Shown: positions 1 to 10,170, numbered from the stretch's first letter. The stretch is 32,000 bases of DNA from Schaalia meyeri (GCF_900105015.1 NZ_FNLK01000005.1:150001-182000), one strand, 5' to 3'. Translations and numbers: made by a program. Notes: generated by a model from the letters alone, not told the origin.

Positions 1-2
1 CG

Positions 3-857
3 GCGCGAGCCCAGGCCTCCCTGCGTGAAGCCGCCGCGATTCTACGCGACGCCTTGGGTCTTACCGGCAGGGTGCGCGGTGTGGAGACGGACGGGCTGGC
101 GGGAGGCCTGGCCAGGGCCGCTGCGGACCTGGCGGGTGCCTCCGTCATTTCTGAGGCCGTGGCCGCCTCGACGCTGCGGACGGGCAGACGTGTGGGTGGC
201 TGGCTTCCGTTGCGCTGGCTGCCCCTCCTGGGCGCCGATCCGCTGCGGCGCCTTCACCTTGATGCCGAGTCGCGTTCAGACGATGGGAATACGCCGACGT
301 TGCCGACTCGCTCGGCATCTGACGAAGCCACCTTCGTGAACGCCGTGCGCCGCGGGATCGGGCAGCGTTCGCAGGGGCGTCCAGCGCGCTGGCGTAGCCT
401 CCTGGTTGATCGTGCGCTCGAAGGCGCGCGTGCCGTGCCCGCTGCCGCTCACCGCGAGGTGTCGCAGCACGTCCAGGTGTCCACCGGCGCACCGTCGGCG
501 AGCAGGGTTTTGGGTTGGGTTCAGCTGCTCGCGTGGGTTGCGTGCATCCTGAGCGTGACGTGGATCGCCCTGGTGCACCTGGGGCGCGCCGCATTGATCG
601 ACGCGCAGGTGCCGGCCTTCGGACGGATTCCCGTGCCCACGGCACTCGCCCTTGTCTCGTTCCTGTTTACTTTCGTCTGCGCGGGGGTGAACCGCAGCCT
701 GTGCAGGTGGGTTGCGTCGCGACGCCGCCGCGCGATCATGACGGACCTGGAGGCCCTGTGTCGTTGCGAGGTCGAGCGACTCGTGATTGGGCCCGTTCGT
801 ACGGAAGATAACCGGCAGGTAACGATCGCTTCTTTTATCGCCAGACTATCCCTGTGA
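3..857 (+). CDS. Hypothetical membrane protein, C-terminal part (5' end lies upstream of the window)
   Basis: Frame 3 is open from the window edge (ARAQASLREAAAILRDALGLTGRV...) to TGA 855-857 with strong GC3 bias. The track ORF 54..857 is only its TTG-initiated tail. Two hydrophobic helices are present (LLAWVACILSVTWIALVHL, ALALVSFLFTFVCAGV). No family recognised by eye. Confidence 0.5.
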   Translation, partial: ARAQASLREAAAILRDALGLTGRVRGVETDGLAGGLARAAADLAGASVISEAVAASTLRTGRRVGGWLPLRWLPLLGADPLRRLHLDAESRSDDGNTPTLPTRSASDEATFVNAVRRGIGQRSQGRPARWRSLLVDRALEGARAVPAAAHREVSQHVQVSTGAPSASRVLGWVQLLAWVACILSVTWIALVHLGRAALIDAQVPAFGRIPVPTALALVSFLFTFVCAGVNRSLCRWVASRRRRAIMTDLEALCRCEVERLVIGPVRTEDNRQVTIASFIARLSL

Positions 858-1080
858 GCGCCTCACGGCAGCGGTAGGCGCGGTGGAACAGTGAGTTCGC
901 CGACCACACGCCTCGCGACGCGTGTTCCCCGGGTATGCTGGGTGCAGCGATGAGGCGCTGCCCCTTGTTATGGTGCCCGCGAGAAGCGGGATTTGTTGTT
1001 ATGGGTGAGGCCGCGCCGAGGAGCCGAGATGGCCCGCCCCGATGGTTTTGCTAACCGAATTGCAACACGCAAGGATGACT

Positions 1081-3261
1081 ATGCCTGCCGACGACCACAT
1101 TGAATACTCCGAGGCCGAGCGCGCAAAGGCCTGCAGCGAGGAGGAGAACCCCGGCCTCGTCGAAGAAGAGCACGCCGACGCCAGCCTCAAGCTCGACCCC
1201 GATGCCCGCGACGAGGAAGAAGACGCGGACGCGGTGACCTTTGCCAGCCTGGGCCTGCCCGACGAGATTCTGGCTGCGGTTACCGACATGGGGTTCCGCA
1301 TCCCGACGCCGATCCAGGCAGCTGCGATCCCGCCTCTGCTGGAGCTGCGCGACGTCGTTGGCATCGCCCAGACGGGCACCGGGAAGACCGCAGCCTTCGG
1401 TCTTCCGATGCTGGCCATCGTCGATGCTGACGAGCGCGACGTGCAGGCTTTGGTGTTGGCTCCCACCCGCGAACTCGCGATGCAGAGTGCGCAAGCCGTC
1501 GAGGATTTTGCGGCGCGCACCGCGCGTCTCGACGTCGTTCCGGTCTACGGTGGCTCGCCGTACGGCCCGCAGATCGGTGCCCTCAAACGGGGCGCGCAGG
1601 TCGTCGTCGGTACCCCCGGGCGCGTCATCGACCTGATCGAAAAGGGAGCGTTGGATCTGTCGAACGTGCGCATGCTGGTGCTTGACGAAGCTGACGAGAT
1701 GCTGCGTATGGGCTTTGCGGAGGACGTGGAGACCATCGCGTCGAGCGTACCCGAGGATCGCCTCACCGCGCTGTTTAGCGCGACGATGCCAGCGGCCATC
1801 GAGAAGGTGGCCCGGGAGCACCTGAAGGACCCTGTGAAGGTCGCCGTGTCGACGGAGTCCTCCACGGTCGACACGATTCACCAGACCTACGCGGTTGTTC
1901 CCTACAAGCACAAGATCGGTGCCCTTTCGCGCGTCCTGGCGACGCGAGCCCAGCACATCGCCCGCGGACAGGAGGAAGCCGATGCCGCTATCGTCTTTGT
2001 CCGCACGCGGGCCGACGTCGAGGAAGTGTCGCTGGAACTGTCGGGACGGGGCTTCCGCGCCGCGGGCATTTCGGGCGACGTTGCCCAGACGGAGCGAGAA
2101 CGGATGGTTGAGCGCCTGAAGAACGGCTCCCTCGACGTCCTGGTGGCCACCGACGTCGCGGCGCGCGGCCTGGACGTCGAGCGCATCTCGCTGGTAGTTA
2201 ACTTCGATGTGCCGCGCGAGCCGGAAGCCTACGTGCATCGTATCGGCCGCACCGGTCGCGCCGGACGCGAGGGACGCGCGCTGACGTTCTTTACCCCGCG
2301 CGAGCACGGCCGGTTGCGCCGCATCGAGAAGCTGACGGGCACCGAGATGGAGGAGGTCGCGATTCCGTCGCCCGCAGCTGTTTCTGAGTTCCGCGCGCGT
2401 CGCATTTTGGAAAGCCTGGGGGCTCGTATTGAGCGCGGTCGCCTGGATATGTACAAGGGTTTGTTGGCCGAGCTGGGCCAGGAGGTGAGCGTCGAGGACA
2501 TCGCCGCGGCGCTCATGGCGAGCGCCGTCGGTGACGAGGGACCAGCCCCGCGCGTGGAGAAGGATCGCCGCGGCGCGGGCAAGATCCGCCGCGAGGAACA
2601 CCTGGATGAGTCCGGGGAGTTCGTCGGGGCGTCTTTCGAGGCGGGACGCGACAAGGACCGTCCGATCAAGGGCGGTGTCGGCGGTGCGCGCAGACGCGGA
2701 GGGGGTCGTTCCATCCCCGGATCGGGCACCCGATACCGCGTGGAGGTAGGTAAGAAAGACCGCGTGAAGCCCGGATCCATCGTCGGCGCCATCGCTGGCG
2801 AGGGCGGCATCGATGGCCGCGATATCGGCCACATCGAGATCTATCCGACCTTCTCGCTGGTGGACATCACCGCCGACCTGTCGGGTGAGCAACTCTCGCG
2901 CATATCGAAGGGATACGTCTCGGGCCGTCAGCTGCGCATCCGCGTGGACGAGGGGCCGGGCGGCCGTTCCCACGCTGATCGTGGTGGTTTCGAGCACCGG
3001 GAGCGACGCGACTGTGAGCGCGACGGGCGAGGTCACGGATCCTTTGGCGGGGATCGTCAGGGGCGCTTGACGGAGCGAGGCGACAAGCGCCCGCATCGCT
3101 TCGAGAAGGGCGACGGCTCGCGGCCCCGCCGCTCCGTGCGCTCCGAGCGCTGGGAGAAGGACATCAAGCGCTCGCGCCGCGAACGCGAGGGCGGCCGAGA
3201 TGGCGGATGGGACCGCGAGGGAGGCCGCCGACACTTCGGCAAGCGCCGCTACGACGACTGA
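1081..3261 (+). CDS. deaD: DEAD-box ATP-dependent RNA helicase (DeaD/CsdA-like) with DbpA-type C-terminal domain and Arg/Gly/Asp/Glu-rich tail
   Basis: Helicase motifs present: Q (FRIPTPIQ), I ([11 protein letters not shown]), Ia (PTRELA), II (VLDEADEM), III (SAT), VI ([10 protein letters not shown]). The C-terminal region [23 protein letters not shown]...[11 protein letters not shown] is DbpA-like. Start uncertain: ATG 1081 sits 5 nt after AAGGA, and in-frame ATGs also occur at 1042 and 1075. Confidence 0.9.
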   Translation: MPADDHIEYSEAERAKACSEEENPGLVEEEHADASLKLDPDARDEEEDADAVTFASLGLPDEILAAVTDMGFRIPTPIQAAAIPPLLELRDVVGIAQTGTGKTAAFGLPMLAIVDADERDVQALVLAPTRELAMQSAQAVEDFAARTARLDVVPVYGGSPYGPQIGALKRGAQVVVGTPGRVIDLIEKGALDLSNVRMLVLDEADEMLRMGFAEDVETIASSVPEDRLTALFSATMPAAIEKVAREHLKDPVKVAVSTESSTVDTIHQTYAVVPYKHKIGALSRVLATRAQHIARGQEEADAAIVFVRTRADVEEVSLELSGRGFRAAGISGDVAQTERERMVERLKNGSLDVLVATDVAARGLDVERISLVVNFDVPREPEAYVHRIGRTGRAGREGRALTFFTPREHGRLRRIEKLTGTEMEEVAIPSPAAVSEFRARRILESLGARIERGRLDMYKGLLAELGQEVSVEDIAAALMASAVGDEGPAPRVEKDRRGAGKIRREEHLDESGEFVGASFEAGRDKDRPIKGGVGGARRRGGGRSIPGSGTRYRVEVGKKDRVKPGSIVGAIAGEGGIDGRDIGHIEIYPTFSLVDITADLSGEQLSRISKGYVSGRQLRIRVDEGPGGRSHADRGGFEHRERRDCERDGRGHGSFGGDRQGRLTERGDKRPHRFEKGDGSRPRRSVRSERWEKDIKRSRREREGGRDGGWDREGGRRHFGKRRYDD

Positions 3262-4643
3262 GTGTTGCTTTCTGTGGACGAGGGACGAAGCCGGAGCACC
3301 GCGGCGACGGTAACGAAGGCGAGGGCGGTGGCGATCACCCAGTAGGGTGCGTAGGCCGCCCCGCCGGAGATGCCGGTCGCCGCCCACGCGCTCATCATGA
3401 CGGACACGAGGGCGAGCTCAAGAGCCGGTCCAGCCGAGTCCGCCACCTGCAGCCACGACGCCACGCGACCGTGCTTCTCCTCGGGCGTCGCCTCGAGCGC
3501 CATGACGGACAGGGGGGCGTGAACCAGCCCGGTGCCCAGGCCGACCGCGAGCCAGCCCGCAAGCGCGACCCACAGGGGAAGGGCGGTGACGAGAATCGCT
3601 CCCAACGGCAGCGAGCCCGCCGCCATCAGCGTTCCTCCGATGACGGGAAGGGAACGCCGCCGCTGCGGGTCGCGCACGCGGGCCTGGACGAGCGAACCCG
3701 CGGCCCACGTGAGCGAACCGATCGTCACCCACCAGCCCGCCGAGGCCTCGTCCCACCCGTGCAGCCGCTGCAGGACCAGCGGGATCATCACGCCCAGGCC
3801 GATCTGGGAGGCCATGGCGCTCAGGCGGGCGAGAACCGCCGAGGGCATGCCCGGGCGAGAGCGGAAGGTACCGCGGGGGAGCAGCTGGGGGAGGGCCCAG
3901 GCGCACAGCGCCGTACCCGCGAGGAGAACGAGGAGGCGGGCAACGAGGGAGGGAAGTGCTCCCGCGAGCTGGAGGGCCATGACGCCCACGCCCGCCAAGA
4001 CGGCATTGCGCGACAGGGACGCCAGGTTGGACGCCCGGCGTTCCTCCTGGCGAGGCAGCCGCCGCAAAACGAAGGCGACCGGGATAGACCCGGCGGCAAT
4101 GAAGATGGGAACAACGCCGAAGATGTAGCGCCAGCCCCAGATTTGCGTGACGTATCCCGCGATTGCGGGGCCGACGAGAGAGGGGAGGACCCACGCGAGG
4201 GAGAAGCCCGCGAAAAAGGCGGGGCGGCGCGCGGGAGCGACGAGTTTTCCGACGAGGACGTAGAGTGGGACGACGAGGAGACCGCCGCCGAGCCCTTGCA
4301 GCGCACGACCCGCGACGAAGACAACGACGGTGGGGGCGAGCGCGCTGACGACCAGGCCCACCGTAAACAGAGCGATACCCCCAATGAGAACGAAACGCGG
4401 GCCCTTCCAGTCGGCGATCACCCCGGCGACGACCGTCGCACTCAGCTGAGTCGCCATGGCCGCGCCCGAGGCGATCGGGTACCAGGCGGACGCCCCATAC
4501 GACGCGACCACCGTCGGCATGATCGTCGTGGCGGACAGTTCCTCAAAGGCGACGAGGGTGATGAGCAGGACGGAACCGAGCGCCAGGCCGATCTCGATCC
4601 GGCTCCACGGGGTGGGCGACGGGGGAGAGGAGGCTGGAGACAT
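3249..4643 (-). CDS. MFS transporter (drug:H+ antiporter-like)
   Basis: The minus-strand ORF 3249..5159 is hydrophobic only from the internal ATG at 4643 ([27 protein letters not shown]...). It has about 12-14 predicted TM helices and MFS-like motifs [10 protein letters not shown] and WRYIFGVVP. The upstream 172 codons overlap aspS antisense and are not credible. The 3' end overlaps the helicase 3' end convergently by 13 nt. Confidence 0.8.
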   Translation of the reverse strand: MSPASSPPSPTPWSRIEIGLALGSVLLITLVAFEELSATTIMPTVVASYGASAWYPIASGAAMATQLSATVVAGVIADWKGPRFVLIGGIALFTVGLVVSALAPTVVVFVAGRALQGLGGGLLVVPLYVLVGKLVAPARRPAFFAGFSLAWVLPSLVGPAIAGYVTQIWGWRYIFGVVPIFIAAGSIPVAFVLRRLPRQEERRASNLASLSRNAVLAGVGVMALQLAGALPSLVARLLVLLAGTALCAWALPQLLPRGTFRSRPGMPSAVLARLSAMASQIGLGVMIPLVLQRLHGWDEASAGWWVTIGSLTWAAGSLVQARVRDPQRRRSLPVIGGTLMAAGSLPLGAILVTALPLWVALAGWLAVGLGTGLVHAPLSVMALEATPEEKHGRVASWLQVADSAGPALELALVSVMMSAWAATGISGGAAYAPYWVIATALAFVTVAAVLRLRPSSTESNTQSS

Positions 4644-4745
4644 GACGCCTATCCTACTCGCGGCGACCGCTGGCCTGCGGATTGCGAGCGTACAATGGCC
4701 CTGCCGCCGCCTGTCTCGCGGATGGTACCAACGAAAGGAATAACA

Positions 4746-6539
4746 GTGCTTCGCACTCACAACATTGGAACACTCGGGCCCGACCTGGTCGGCCAGACCG
4801 TGACCCTCACCGGATGGGTTGATCGCAGGCGCGACCACGGCGGCGTCGCCTTCATCGACCTGCGCGACGCCTCCGGTATCGCTCAGGTGGTTGTGCGCGA
4901 CGAGAGTGTCGCTCACGAGCTTCGCAGCGAGTTCGTCCTGAAGGTCACCGGCGAGGTCGCGGCCCGCCCGGAGGGTAACGAAAACCCGCACCTGGCCACA
5001 GGCGCCATCGAGGTTATGGGCGATGATATCGATATCCTGAACACCTGCGCGCCCCTGCCTTTCCAGGTGTCCTCCAATGCTGAAGATTCCGGCAACGTGG
5101 GCGAGGAAACTCGCCTGAAGTACCGCTACCTGGACCTGCGCCGCGAGCCCGAACAGCATGCGATTCGCCTGCGCTCCATGGTGTCGCGTGCCGCCCGCGA
5201 GGCCCTGTACGCCCGTGACTTCGTCGAGATCGAAACCCCGACGCTCACCCGTTCCACCCCCGAAGGTGCCCGCGACTTCATCGTTCCGGCCCGCCTGTCA
5301 CCCGGTTCCTGGTACGCGCTTCCCCAGTCCCCCCAGCTCTTCAAGCAGCTGCTCATGGTGGCCGGGATGGAACGCTACTTCCAGATCGCTCGCTGCTACC
5401 GCGACGAGGACTTTCGTGCGGACCGCCAGCCCGAGTTCACCCAGCTGGACATCGAGATGAGCTTCGTCGACCAGGACGACGTCATCGAGGTCGCCGAGGA
5501 CGTGCTCAAGAACGTGTGGGCGCTGATCGGATACGACCTGTCAACGCCGATCCCCCGCATGACCTACAAGGACGCGATGGAGCGCTACGGCTCGGACAAG
5601 CCCGACCTGCGCTTCGATCTGGAGCTGACCGACCTCACCGAGTACTTCAAGGAGACGACCTTTAGGGTCTTCCAGGCACCCTACGTGGGGGCCGTTGTTA
5701 TGCCGGGCGGTGGCTCCCAGCCGCGGCGCACCTTTGACAAGTGGCAGGAGTGGGCCAGGGCACGCGGCGCCAAGGGCCTGGCCTACGTGACCGTGGGTGA
5801 AGACGGCGCCCTGGGAGGCCCCGTCGCCAAGAACCTTTGTGAGGCCGAGCGCGATGGGCTGGCGGACGCTGTTGGTGCGAACCCAGGCGACTGCATCTTC
5901 TTCGCGGCCGGCGAGCCGACGCCGTCCCGTGAGCTGCTCGGTGCGGCACGCCTGGAGATCGGCAAGCGCTGCGACCTGATCGACCCCGACGTATGGGCGT
6001 TCACCTGGGTCGTTGACGCGCCGCTGTTCAAGCCCGCCGGCGATGCCGAGGCTGAGGGCGACGTCGCGCTCGGCCACAGCGCGTGGACGGCCGTTCACCA
6101 CGCCTTCACCTCGCCGAAGCCCGAGTGGATTGACAGCTTCGATCAGGATCCCGGTAACGCGCTGGCCTACGCCTATGACATCGTGTGCAACGGCAACGAG
6201 ATCGGTGGCGGATCGATCCGTATTCACCGCCGCGACGTCCAGAACCGCGTGTTCGACGTAATGGGTATCGACGAGGAAGAGGCGCAGGCACAGTTCGGTT
6301 TCTTACTGGATGCCTTCAAGTTCGGCGCCCCGCCGCATGGCGGCGTCGCCTTCGGCTGGGACCGTATCGTCTCGCTGCTGACCAAGTCCGATTCGATTCG
6401 CGACGTGATTGCGTTCCCGAAGTCCGGCGGTGGCTTCGATCCGCTCACCGAGGCGCCCGCTCCGATTACTCCCGCTCAGCGTAAGGAAGCTGGCGTGGAT
6501 GCGAAGCCAAAGAAGCGGGGGGAAGAAGCCGCGAAGTGA
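4746..6539 (+). CDS. aspS: Aspartate--tRNA ligase
   Basis: GTG 4746 is preceded by AAAGGAA. The N-terminus [41 protein letters not shown] matches the bacterial AspRS OB-fold start. Class II motifs [37 protein letters not shown] and [12 protein letters not shown] are present. The track ORF 3207..6539 upstream of 4746 is antisense to the MFS gene. Confidence 0.93.
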   Translation: MLRTHNIGTLGPDLVGQTVTLTGWVDRRRDHGGVAFIDLRDASGIAQVVVRDESVAHELRSEFVLKVTGEVAARPEGNENPHLATGAIEVMGDDIDILNTCAPLPFQVSSNAEDSGNVGEETRLKYRYLDLRREPEQHAIRLRSMVSRAAREALYARDFVEIETPTLTRSTPEGARDFIVPARLSPGSWYALPQSPQLFKQLLMVAGMERYFQIARCYRDEDFRADRQPEFTQLDIEMSFVDQDDVIEVAEDVLKNVWALIGYDLSTPIPRMTYKDAMERYGSDKPDLRFDLELTDLTEYFKETTFRVFQAPYVGAVVMPGGGSQPRRTFDKWQEWARARGAKGLAYVTVGEDGALGGPVAKNLCEAERDGLADAVGANPGDCIFFAAGEPTPSRELLGAARLEIGKRCDLIDPDVWAFTWVVDAPLFKPAGDAEAEGDVALGHSAWTAVHHAFTSPKPEWIDSFDQDPGNALAYAYDIVCNGNEIGGGSIRIHRRDVQNRVFDVMGIDEEEAQAQFGFLLDAFKFGAPPHGGVAFGWDRIVSLLTKSDSIRDVIAFPKSGGGFDPLTEAPAPITPAQRKEAGVDAKPKKRGEEAAK

Positions 6540-6565
6540 CCCAGCTCGCGTGAGCTAGCGTACGG

Positions 6566-6599
6566 AACCCCCATCGGCACTCGCTCGGTGGGGGTTTCG
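6566..6599 (+). terminator. Putative aspS terminator hairpin
   Basis: AACCCCCA (6566-6573) pairs with TGGGGGTT (6589-6596) around a 15-nt loop and is followed by TCGT. The stem is short and the loop large, so support is modest. Confidence 0.35.
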
Positions 6600-6613
6600 T
6601 GCACAATAGGAGT

Positions 6614-7231
6614 ATGTCGTACGTCGAGATGCACCCAAAGAATCCTCAGGCCCGTCTGGTGGGCACGGTTGTCGACCTGTTGGAGCGCGGCGGAACAATT
6701 GCACTGCCGACGGACTCGGGTTACGCGATCGCTACGAAGATCGGTAACAAGGCAGGCATGGACACGATCCGTGCGATCCGCAAGCTTGACGACAAGCACA
6801 ATTTTTCGCTGCTGTGTCACTCCTTCGCGCAGCTGGGGGAGCTGGTGATTATCGACAATCACGAGTTCCGCACCATTAAGGCCCTGACACCGGGACCCTA
6901 CACGTTCATTCTGCGCGGGACCAAGGAAGTACCGCGAATCATGCTGAACAAGAAGAAGCACACGGTGGGTGTGCGCATCCCCGACCATGTCATCACCCAG
7001 GCGATCGTTGAGGCTTTGGGGCAGCCGCTGGCCTGCTCGACGCTGATTATGCCGGGAGAGACGGAACCGCTGACTGATGGTTTTGACGTGGATGATCGTG
7101 TCGGTCACCAGCTCGATCTGGTCGTCGTGGGGCCGGTGGGCGTCGCGGAGCCAACCACGGTCATTGATTTTGCCGGTGGCGGGGCGCTCGTCGCGCGCGT
7201 TGGGGCCGGCGACACCTCGCTGTTCGACTGA
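6614..7231 (+). CDS. yciO: YrdC/Sua5-domain protein, YciO subfamily (L-threonylcarbamoyladenylate synthase-like)
   Basis: MSYVEMHPKNPQARLVGTVVDLLERGGTIALPTDSGYAI...TPGPYTFILRGTKEVPR...PTTVIDF aligns along its full length with E. coli YciO as I recall it (MSQFFYIHPDNPQQRL...PTDSGYAL...TPGNYTFILKGTKEVPR). An alternative GTG start at 6599 would overlap the upstream hairpin. Confidence 0.85.
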   Translation: MSYVEMHPKNPQARLVGTVVDLLERGGTIALPTDSGYAIATKIGNKAGMDTIRAIRKLDDKHNFSLLCHSFAQLGELVIIDNHEFRTIKALTPGPYTFILRGTKEVPRIMLNKKKHTVGVRIPDHVITQAIVEALGQPLACSTLIMPGETEPLTDGFDVDDRVGHQLDLVVVGPVGVAEPTTVIDFAGGGALVARVGAGDTSLFD

Positions 7232-7426
7232 GCGTATCGCGTTTGATTTCCGGTTCCTTTTTGCCGGGTGTGCGTGGTGCCCGCGGACCCCGGATGCTAA
7301 CCGTTGGGTCATATGACGGCATGATTGTCCGATAATAAAGCTCACAGTTTTGTCGTGAGAACGCGGGTTATCCGCGCAGTCACTGGCATTGTGCGCCGGT
7401 TCCGGGAACTTGCTTGTTGCTCGCAA

Positions 7427-7454
7427 TTGTGCGGCAAGCATGACACAATACTAT
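7427..7454 (+). promoter_or_regulatory. Candidate sigma-70-like promoter for the surface-protein gene
   Basis: TTGTGC (7427-7432), 16-nt spacer, TACTAT (7449-7454), inside a visibly lower-GC 320-nt intergenic region. This is pattern matching only. Confidence 0.2.
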
Positions 7455-7555
7455 CGTGTTTGTGGCGGGTGGTTACTCGTACACTGGCGCGACTGTTCTG
7501 CGCTTAATTGTGCCGACTGGTTGAGAGTATCCCAAAGAAAAGGAAAGGGACACGC

Positions 7556-8608
7556 ATGGCGACGCAGGTGCGTTTGCGAAGCAGGGGGCTGCGCATGCCT
7601 CTGCTTGCGCTGACCGCTTCTGCGTCCATTGTTACCGGCGTGTTTATCGCTGCCACCCCCGCATACAGCGTCGATGAGACGGGTGAGGTTCCCGAGCAGT
7701 GCCTGACGGCGTCGGAAGAATCTGCGTTTATGGTCGTGTCGTCCATCGTGCATGCTGGGGCGCCCGTTCATGCTGAGGGGGCTGGGTGGGGGCCCAGCTC
7801 TGATAAGACCCGCGGTTTTGTTGTCGTGACGCTTGATGATGGCCGGGAGAAACGACCGGATGATGTGGTGCTTCCTTCGTGGGTTCCTGCCTCTGTTGTG
7901 CGGAATAAGGCGGCGTGGACGGTCGCGGAGGTTACATCCGATGGCTCGTTTTCGGTGGATATCGCCGTGCCTGCGACGTGGGAGGTCGGCTCGCGGCACC
8001 AGATCGCCATCGGTGACGGAGTAACCGGCACGTACGTGCAAGTACAGGTTTTCGTCGTCGATGCGGGTGTCGCCATCCAATCCTGCACACTTAAACCGAC
8101 GGATCCGCCTACCACCGATCCCGACGGCAGGCCGGACAGTCCGGACGATCCTGGCACTGAGACCCCCACCTCATCTCCTGGCGGAAGCGGTGCGGATCGG
8201 GCGGCCGCGGTCCCTGCTCCCACCGCTGATCCGACCGGGGCCACGTGGGGCGGACGTAGGGATGCTGACAGCACCGATACCTCGGCGCCGGAGGTAAGCG
8301 CGCCGACGCCTTCTGCCGCTCCCTCCGAACAATCATCGCCCGGCTCATCCGCGACTTCCTCTCCCTATACCGGTGGCGATGGCGCAGAGCCCACACCCGA
8401 GGCTTCTGCCTCTTCGGAGAAACAGAGTGTTTCGGCCTCCCAGATTGGTCCCAAAGCTCATACGGAACAGCAGGCGACGAATCAGGCTGCTCGCGAGCGG
8501 GAAAGTCGTTTGACTGGATGGATACTCGCGGGAGGGGGTCTGCTGGCCCTGCTTGGCGCAATCGTGACGGTCAGTATTGTCAGACGTTTGCATGGGCCGA
8601 TTCGCTAA
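7556..8608 (+). CDS. Secreted, C-terminally membrane-anchored surface protein with Pro/Thr/Ser-rich stalk
   Basis: ATG 7556 sits 5 nt after the purine tract AAGGAAAGGGA. The signal peptide is MATQVRLRSRGLRMPLLALTASASIVTGVFIAATPAYS|VDE. A roughly 150-aa beta-rich globular part is followed by a PTDPPTTDPDG...SSPGSSATSSP low-complexity stalk. The C-terminus is a TM helix plus basic tail (WILAGGGLLALLGAIVTVSIVRRLHGPIR). There is no LPXTG or LAXTG motif. Confidence 0.7.
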   Translation: MATQVRLRSRGLRMPLLALTASASIVTGVFIAATPAYSVDETGEVPEQCLTASEESAFMVVSSIVHAGAPVHAEGAGWGPSSDKTRGFVVVTLDDGREKRPDDVVLPSWVPASVVRNKAAWTVAEVTSDGSFSVDIAVPATWEVGSRHQIAIGDGVTGTYVQVQVFVVDAGVAIQSCTLKPTDPPTTDPDGRPDSPDDPGTETPTSSPGGSGADRAAAVPAPTADPTGATWGGRRDADSTDTSAPEVSAPTPSAAPSEQSSPGSSATSSPYTGGDGAEPTPEASASSEKQSVSASQIGPKAHTEQQATNQAARERESRLTGWILAGGGLLALLGAIVTVSIVRRLHGPIR

Positions 8609-8753
8609 GCCTTGCAAGTAAGGGTCAGTCGCACTGAGAATATGTGCATTAACCGCGTGGTGTGCGTTGGTATTTAGCATTCAGGCGTCACGCCTGTTAC
8701 CCTAGTTCCAGAACGAACCCATCTGAGGATTATTAGCCACTAAGGAGAATGGA

Positions 8754-10160
8754 ATGCAGCACGGACGGGCTACCTCTGCGCTCGCCGCACGCAGGCTGGT
8801 GGGGTGCAGTCGAACGATGAGCCTTCTCATGGCCCTGTGCCTGTTCGCTGCCGTCGCCCTCGCGATCCCCGGTTTCACCGCTCATGCGGACGGAACCGGT
8901 ACCGGGACGAGCCCTGAAGACCCTTTCCCCATTCCGACCACATCCTTCGCGGTGAATATGGAGCACGGTTCCACCTATGAGCGGGAGTATGCGGACACCG
9001 GCTTCTGGGGTGTCAGGCTCGATGGGGGCACGCTCACTCCGGTTGCTCCGCTCACTTTTGAGCGCCGCGGGGACCAGGTGACCGCACCGTCCGACCTTTT
9101 GCTGTGGCAGGTCTCATCACTGTCTAACTACAGCATGAACGTTCAGGTGCCCAATGGCGCCAACAACCGTGAGGGTGTGACGTGGGAACCCGGAAGTACT
9201 CACACGGTTGAGGTCGTGATTTACGCGGATTCCACGACACCCGTGAGCTCCTCGACGCACTACGTGAGGGTTTATAAGCCTTACTCGCCGGAACAACCAG
9301 AACAGCCGGAACAACCGGAACCGACGACTCAGCCGACCCCTACGCCAACAACTCAGCCGACCCCTACGCCGACGACTCAGCCCACTCCCGCACCGACGAC
9401 TCAGCCGACCACCCCCGCGCCGACTGTGGAGCCTACGACGGCTCCTCCGACGACGCCCGCCCCTCCGGCTGCGCCTACGGCCGCTCCTTCCGCCCAGCCG
9501 AGTGCTTCGCCGTCGGCTGCTCCCGTCCCCCAGCCCGACGATCCTCAGCTGCCCGCTGTGCGCCCGACGCCATCCCCATCTGCGTCGCCCGCGCCCGCGC
9601 CGTCCGTATCTGCTAATCCGACAAAGCCCTCGGATACTCCAGTGTCGCCCGTGACCGATGAGTCGCAGCTCAACGACGCAAACAAGGGTGGGGTTAGCGC
9701 GGCTTTCACCGCTGGCCAGCTGACGATCAATGTTCCTGCCGACAAGGCCGCCGTCGGCGACTGGGTCAGTGCGAACATCATGCAGACTGGCGAGGCGCGT
9801 TGGCTGCAGGTCGCCGATTCCAATCAGGTGTCGATGGACGTGACGGGCCTGCCCAACGGCGACTACAAGGTGGTCGTGGCCAATCGTTCGCACGAGCTTG
9901 TTGGTTGGGCAGAGTTTAAAGTCGCTTCGGCGGTCGGAACTGCCAGCTCGGACTCAGCGACCGACGCCTCGGGCGCGGTTAAGCTGCACGCCGAGACGCT
10001 GTCCTCCTCTCAGAGCGGCGATGAATCTCAGGGACTGAACGGGTACCTGCTCGGGGCTGGAGTATGCATGCTGATTCTCGGCGGTCTGGTCGTCGTTCAG
10101 GTTCTCTCCGGCCCGAAGATCGGATCCTCCTCGCGCGGCGGCGGAGTGCCCTTGTCATAG
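8754..10160 (+). CDS. Secreted, C-terminally membrane-anchored surface protein with tandem PEQ and TTQPTPTP repeats
   Basis: AAGGAG lies 6 nt upstream of ATG 8754. The signal peptide has an RR pair (AARRLVG...AAVALAIPGFTAHA|DG, possibly Tat). The N-terminal beta-sandwich-like module ends in THYVRVYKP (cadherin-like by eye, weak). A long P/T/A/S stalk and a second beta-rich module (DYKVVVANRSHELVGWAEFKV) follow. The C-terminus has a TM helix (YLLGAGVCMLILGGLVVVQVL). No sortase motif. Confidence 0.75.
   Translation: MQHGRATSALAARRLVGCSRTMSLLMALCLFAAVALAIPGFTAHADGTGTGTSPEDPFPIPTTSFAVNMEHGSTYEREYADTGFWGVRLDGGTLTPVAPLTFERRGDQVTAPSDLLLWQVSSLSNYSMNVQVPNGANNREGVTWEPGSTHTVEVVIYADSTTPVSSSTHYVRVYKPYSPEQPEQPEQPEPTTQPTPTPTTQPTPTPTTQPTPAPTTQPTTPAPTVEPTTAPPTTPAPPAAPTAAPSAQPSASPSAAPVPQPDDPQLPAVRPTPSPSASPAPAPSVSANPTKPSDTPVSPVTDESQLNDANKGGVSAAFTAGQLTINVPADKAAVGDWVSANIMQTGEARWLQVADSNQVSMDVTGLPNGDYKVVVANRSHELVGWAEFKVASAVGTASSDSATDASGAVKLHAETLSSSQSGDESQGLNGYLLGAGVCMLILGGLVVVQVLSGPKIGSSSRGGGVPLS
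9288..9419 (+). repeat. In-frame tandem repeats: 4 x 9 nt (CCGGAACAA-type, PEQ) followed by 4 x 24 nt (ACGACTCAGCCGACCCCTACGCCR-type, TTQPTPTP)
   Basis: The 9-nt units lie at 9288-9323. The 24-nt units start at 9324, 9348, 9372 and 9396, with a few substitutions each. Read directly from the sequence. Confidence 0.85.
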
Positions 10161-10170
10161 GCCATGCCTC

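Noticed and set aside
3249-3261. 13-nt convergent overlap of the helicase and MFS 3' ends as a possible antisense regulatory feature
   Set aside because: Short convergent overlaps are common in compact GC-rich genomes, and no additional structure was seen.
1051-3387. Very long ORFs antisense to or overlapping known genes: 1051..3387(-), 3207..4745(+ part), 6476..7441(-), 9979..11019(-), 12482..13753(-), 20695..21846(-), 22186..23313(-), 24376..25506(-), 26934..28247(-), 29206..30036(+)
   Set aside because: Each lies opposite or out of frame to a gene with unmistakable family motifs. Their translations are Arg/Gly/Ala/Pro-rich with no recognisable domains. This is the expected stop-codon-poor artefact of GC-rich DNA.
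4644-4745. T-box or other riboswitch leaders upstream of aspS (also checked upstream of alaS at 12303-12379)
   Set aside because: The leaders are only about 100 nt and about 77 nt long. They lack a specifier or antiterminator-like arrangement that I can recognise, so they are too short for a T-box.
7325-7507. 60-aa Cys-rich ORF (…ACCSQLCGKHDTILSCLW…) in the yciO/surface-protein intergenic region
   Set aside because: It has a TTG start, no SD and atypical codon usage, and it spans the candidate promoter and repeated motifs. It is more likely non-coding regulatory DNA.
8500-8608. Sortase sorting signal in the surface proteins (RLTGW near the C-terminus of the first; GLNGY in the second)
   Set aside because: Neither matches LPXTG or LAXTG. 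Only the TG (or G) is shared. I treat the proteins as TM-tail anchored.
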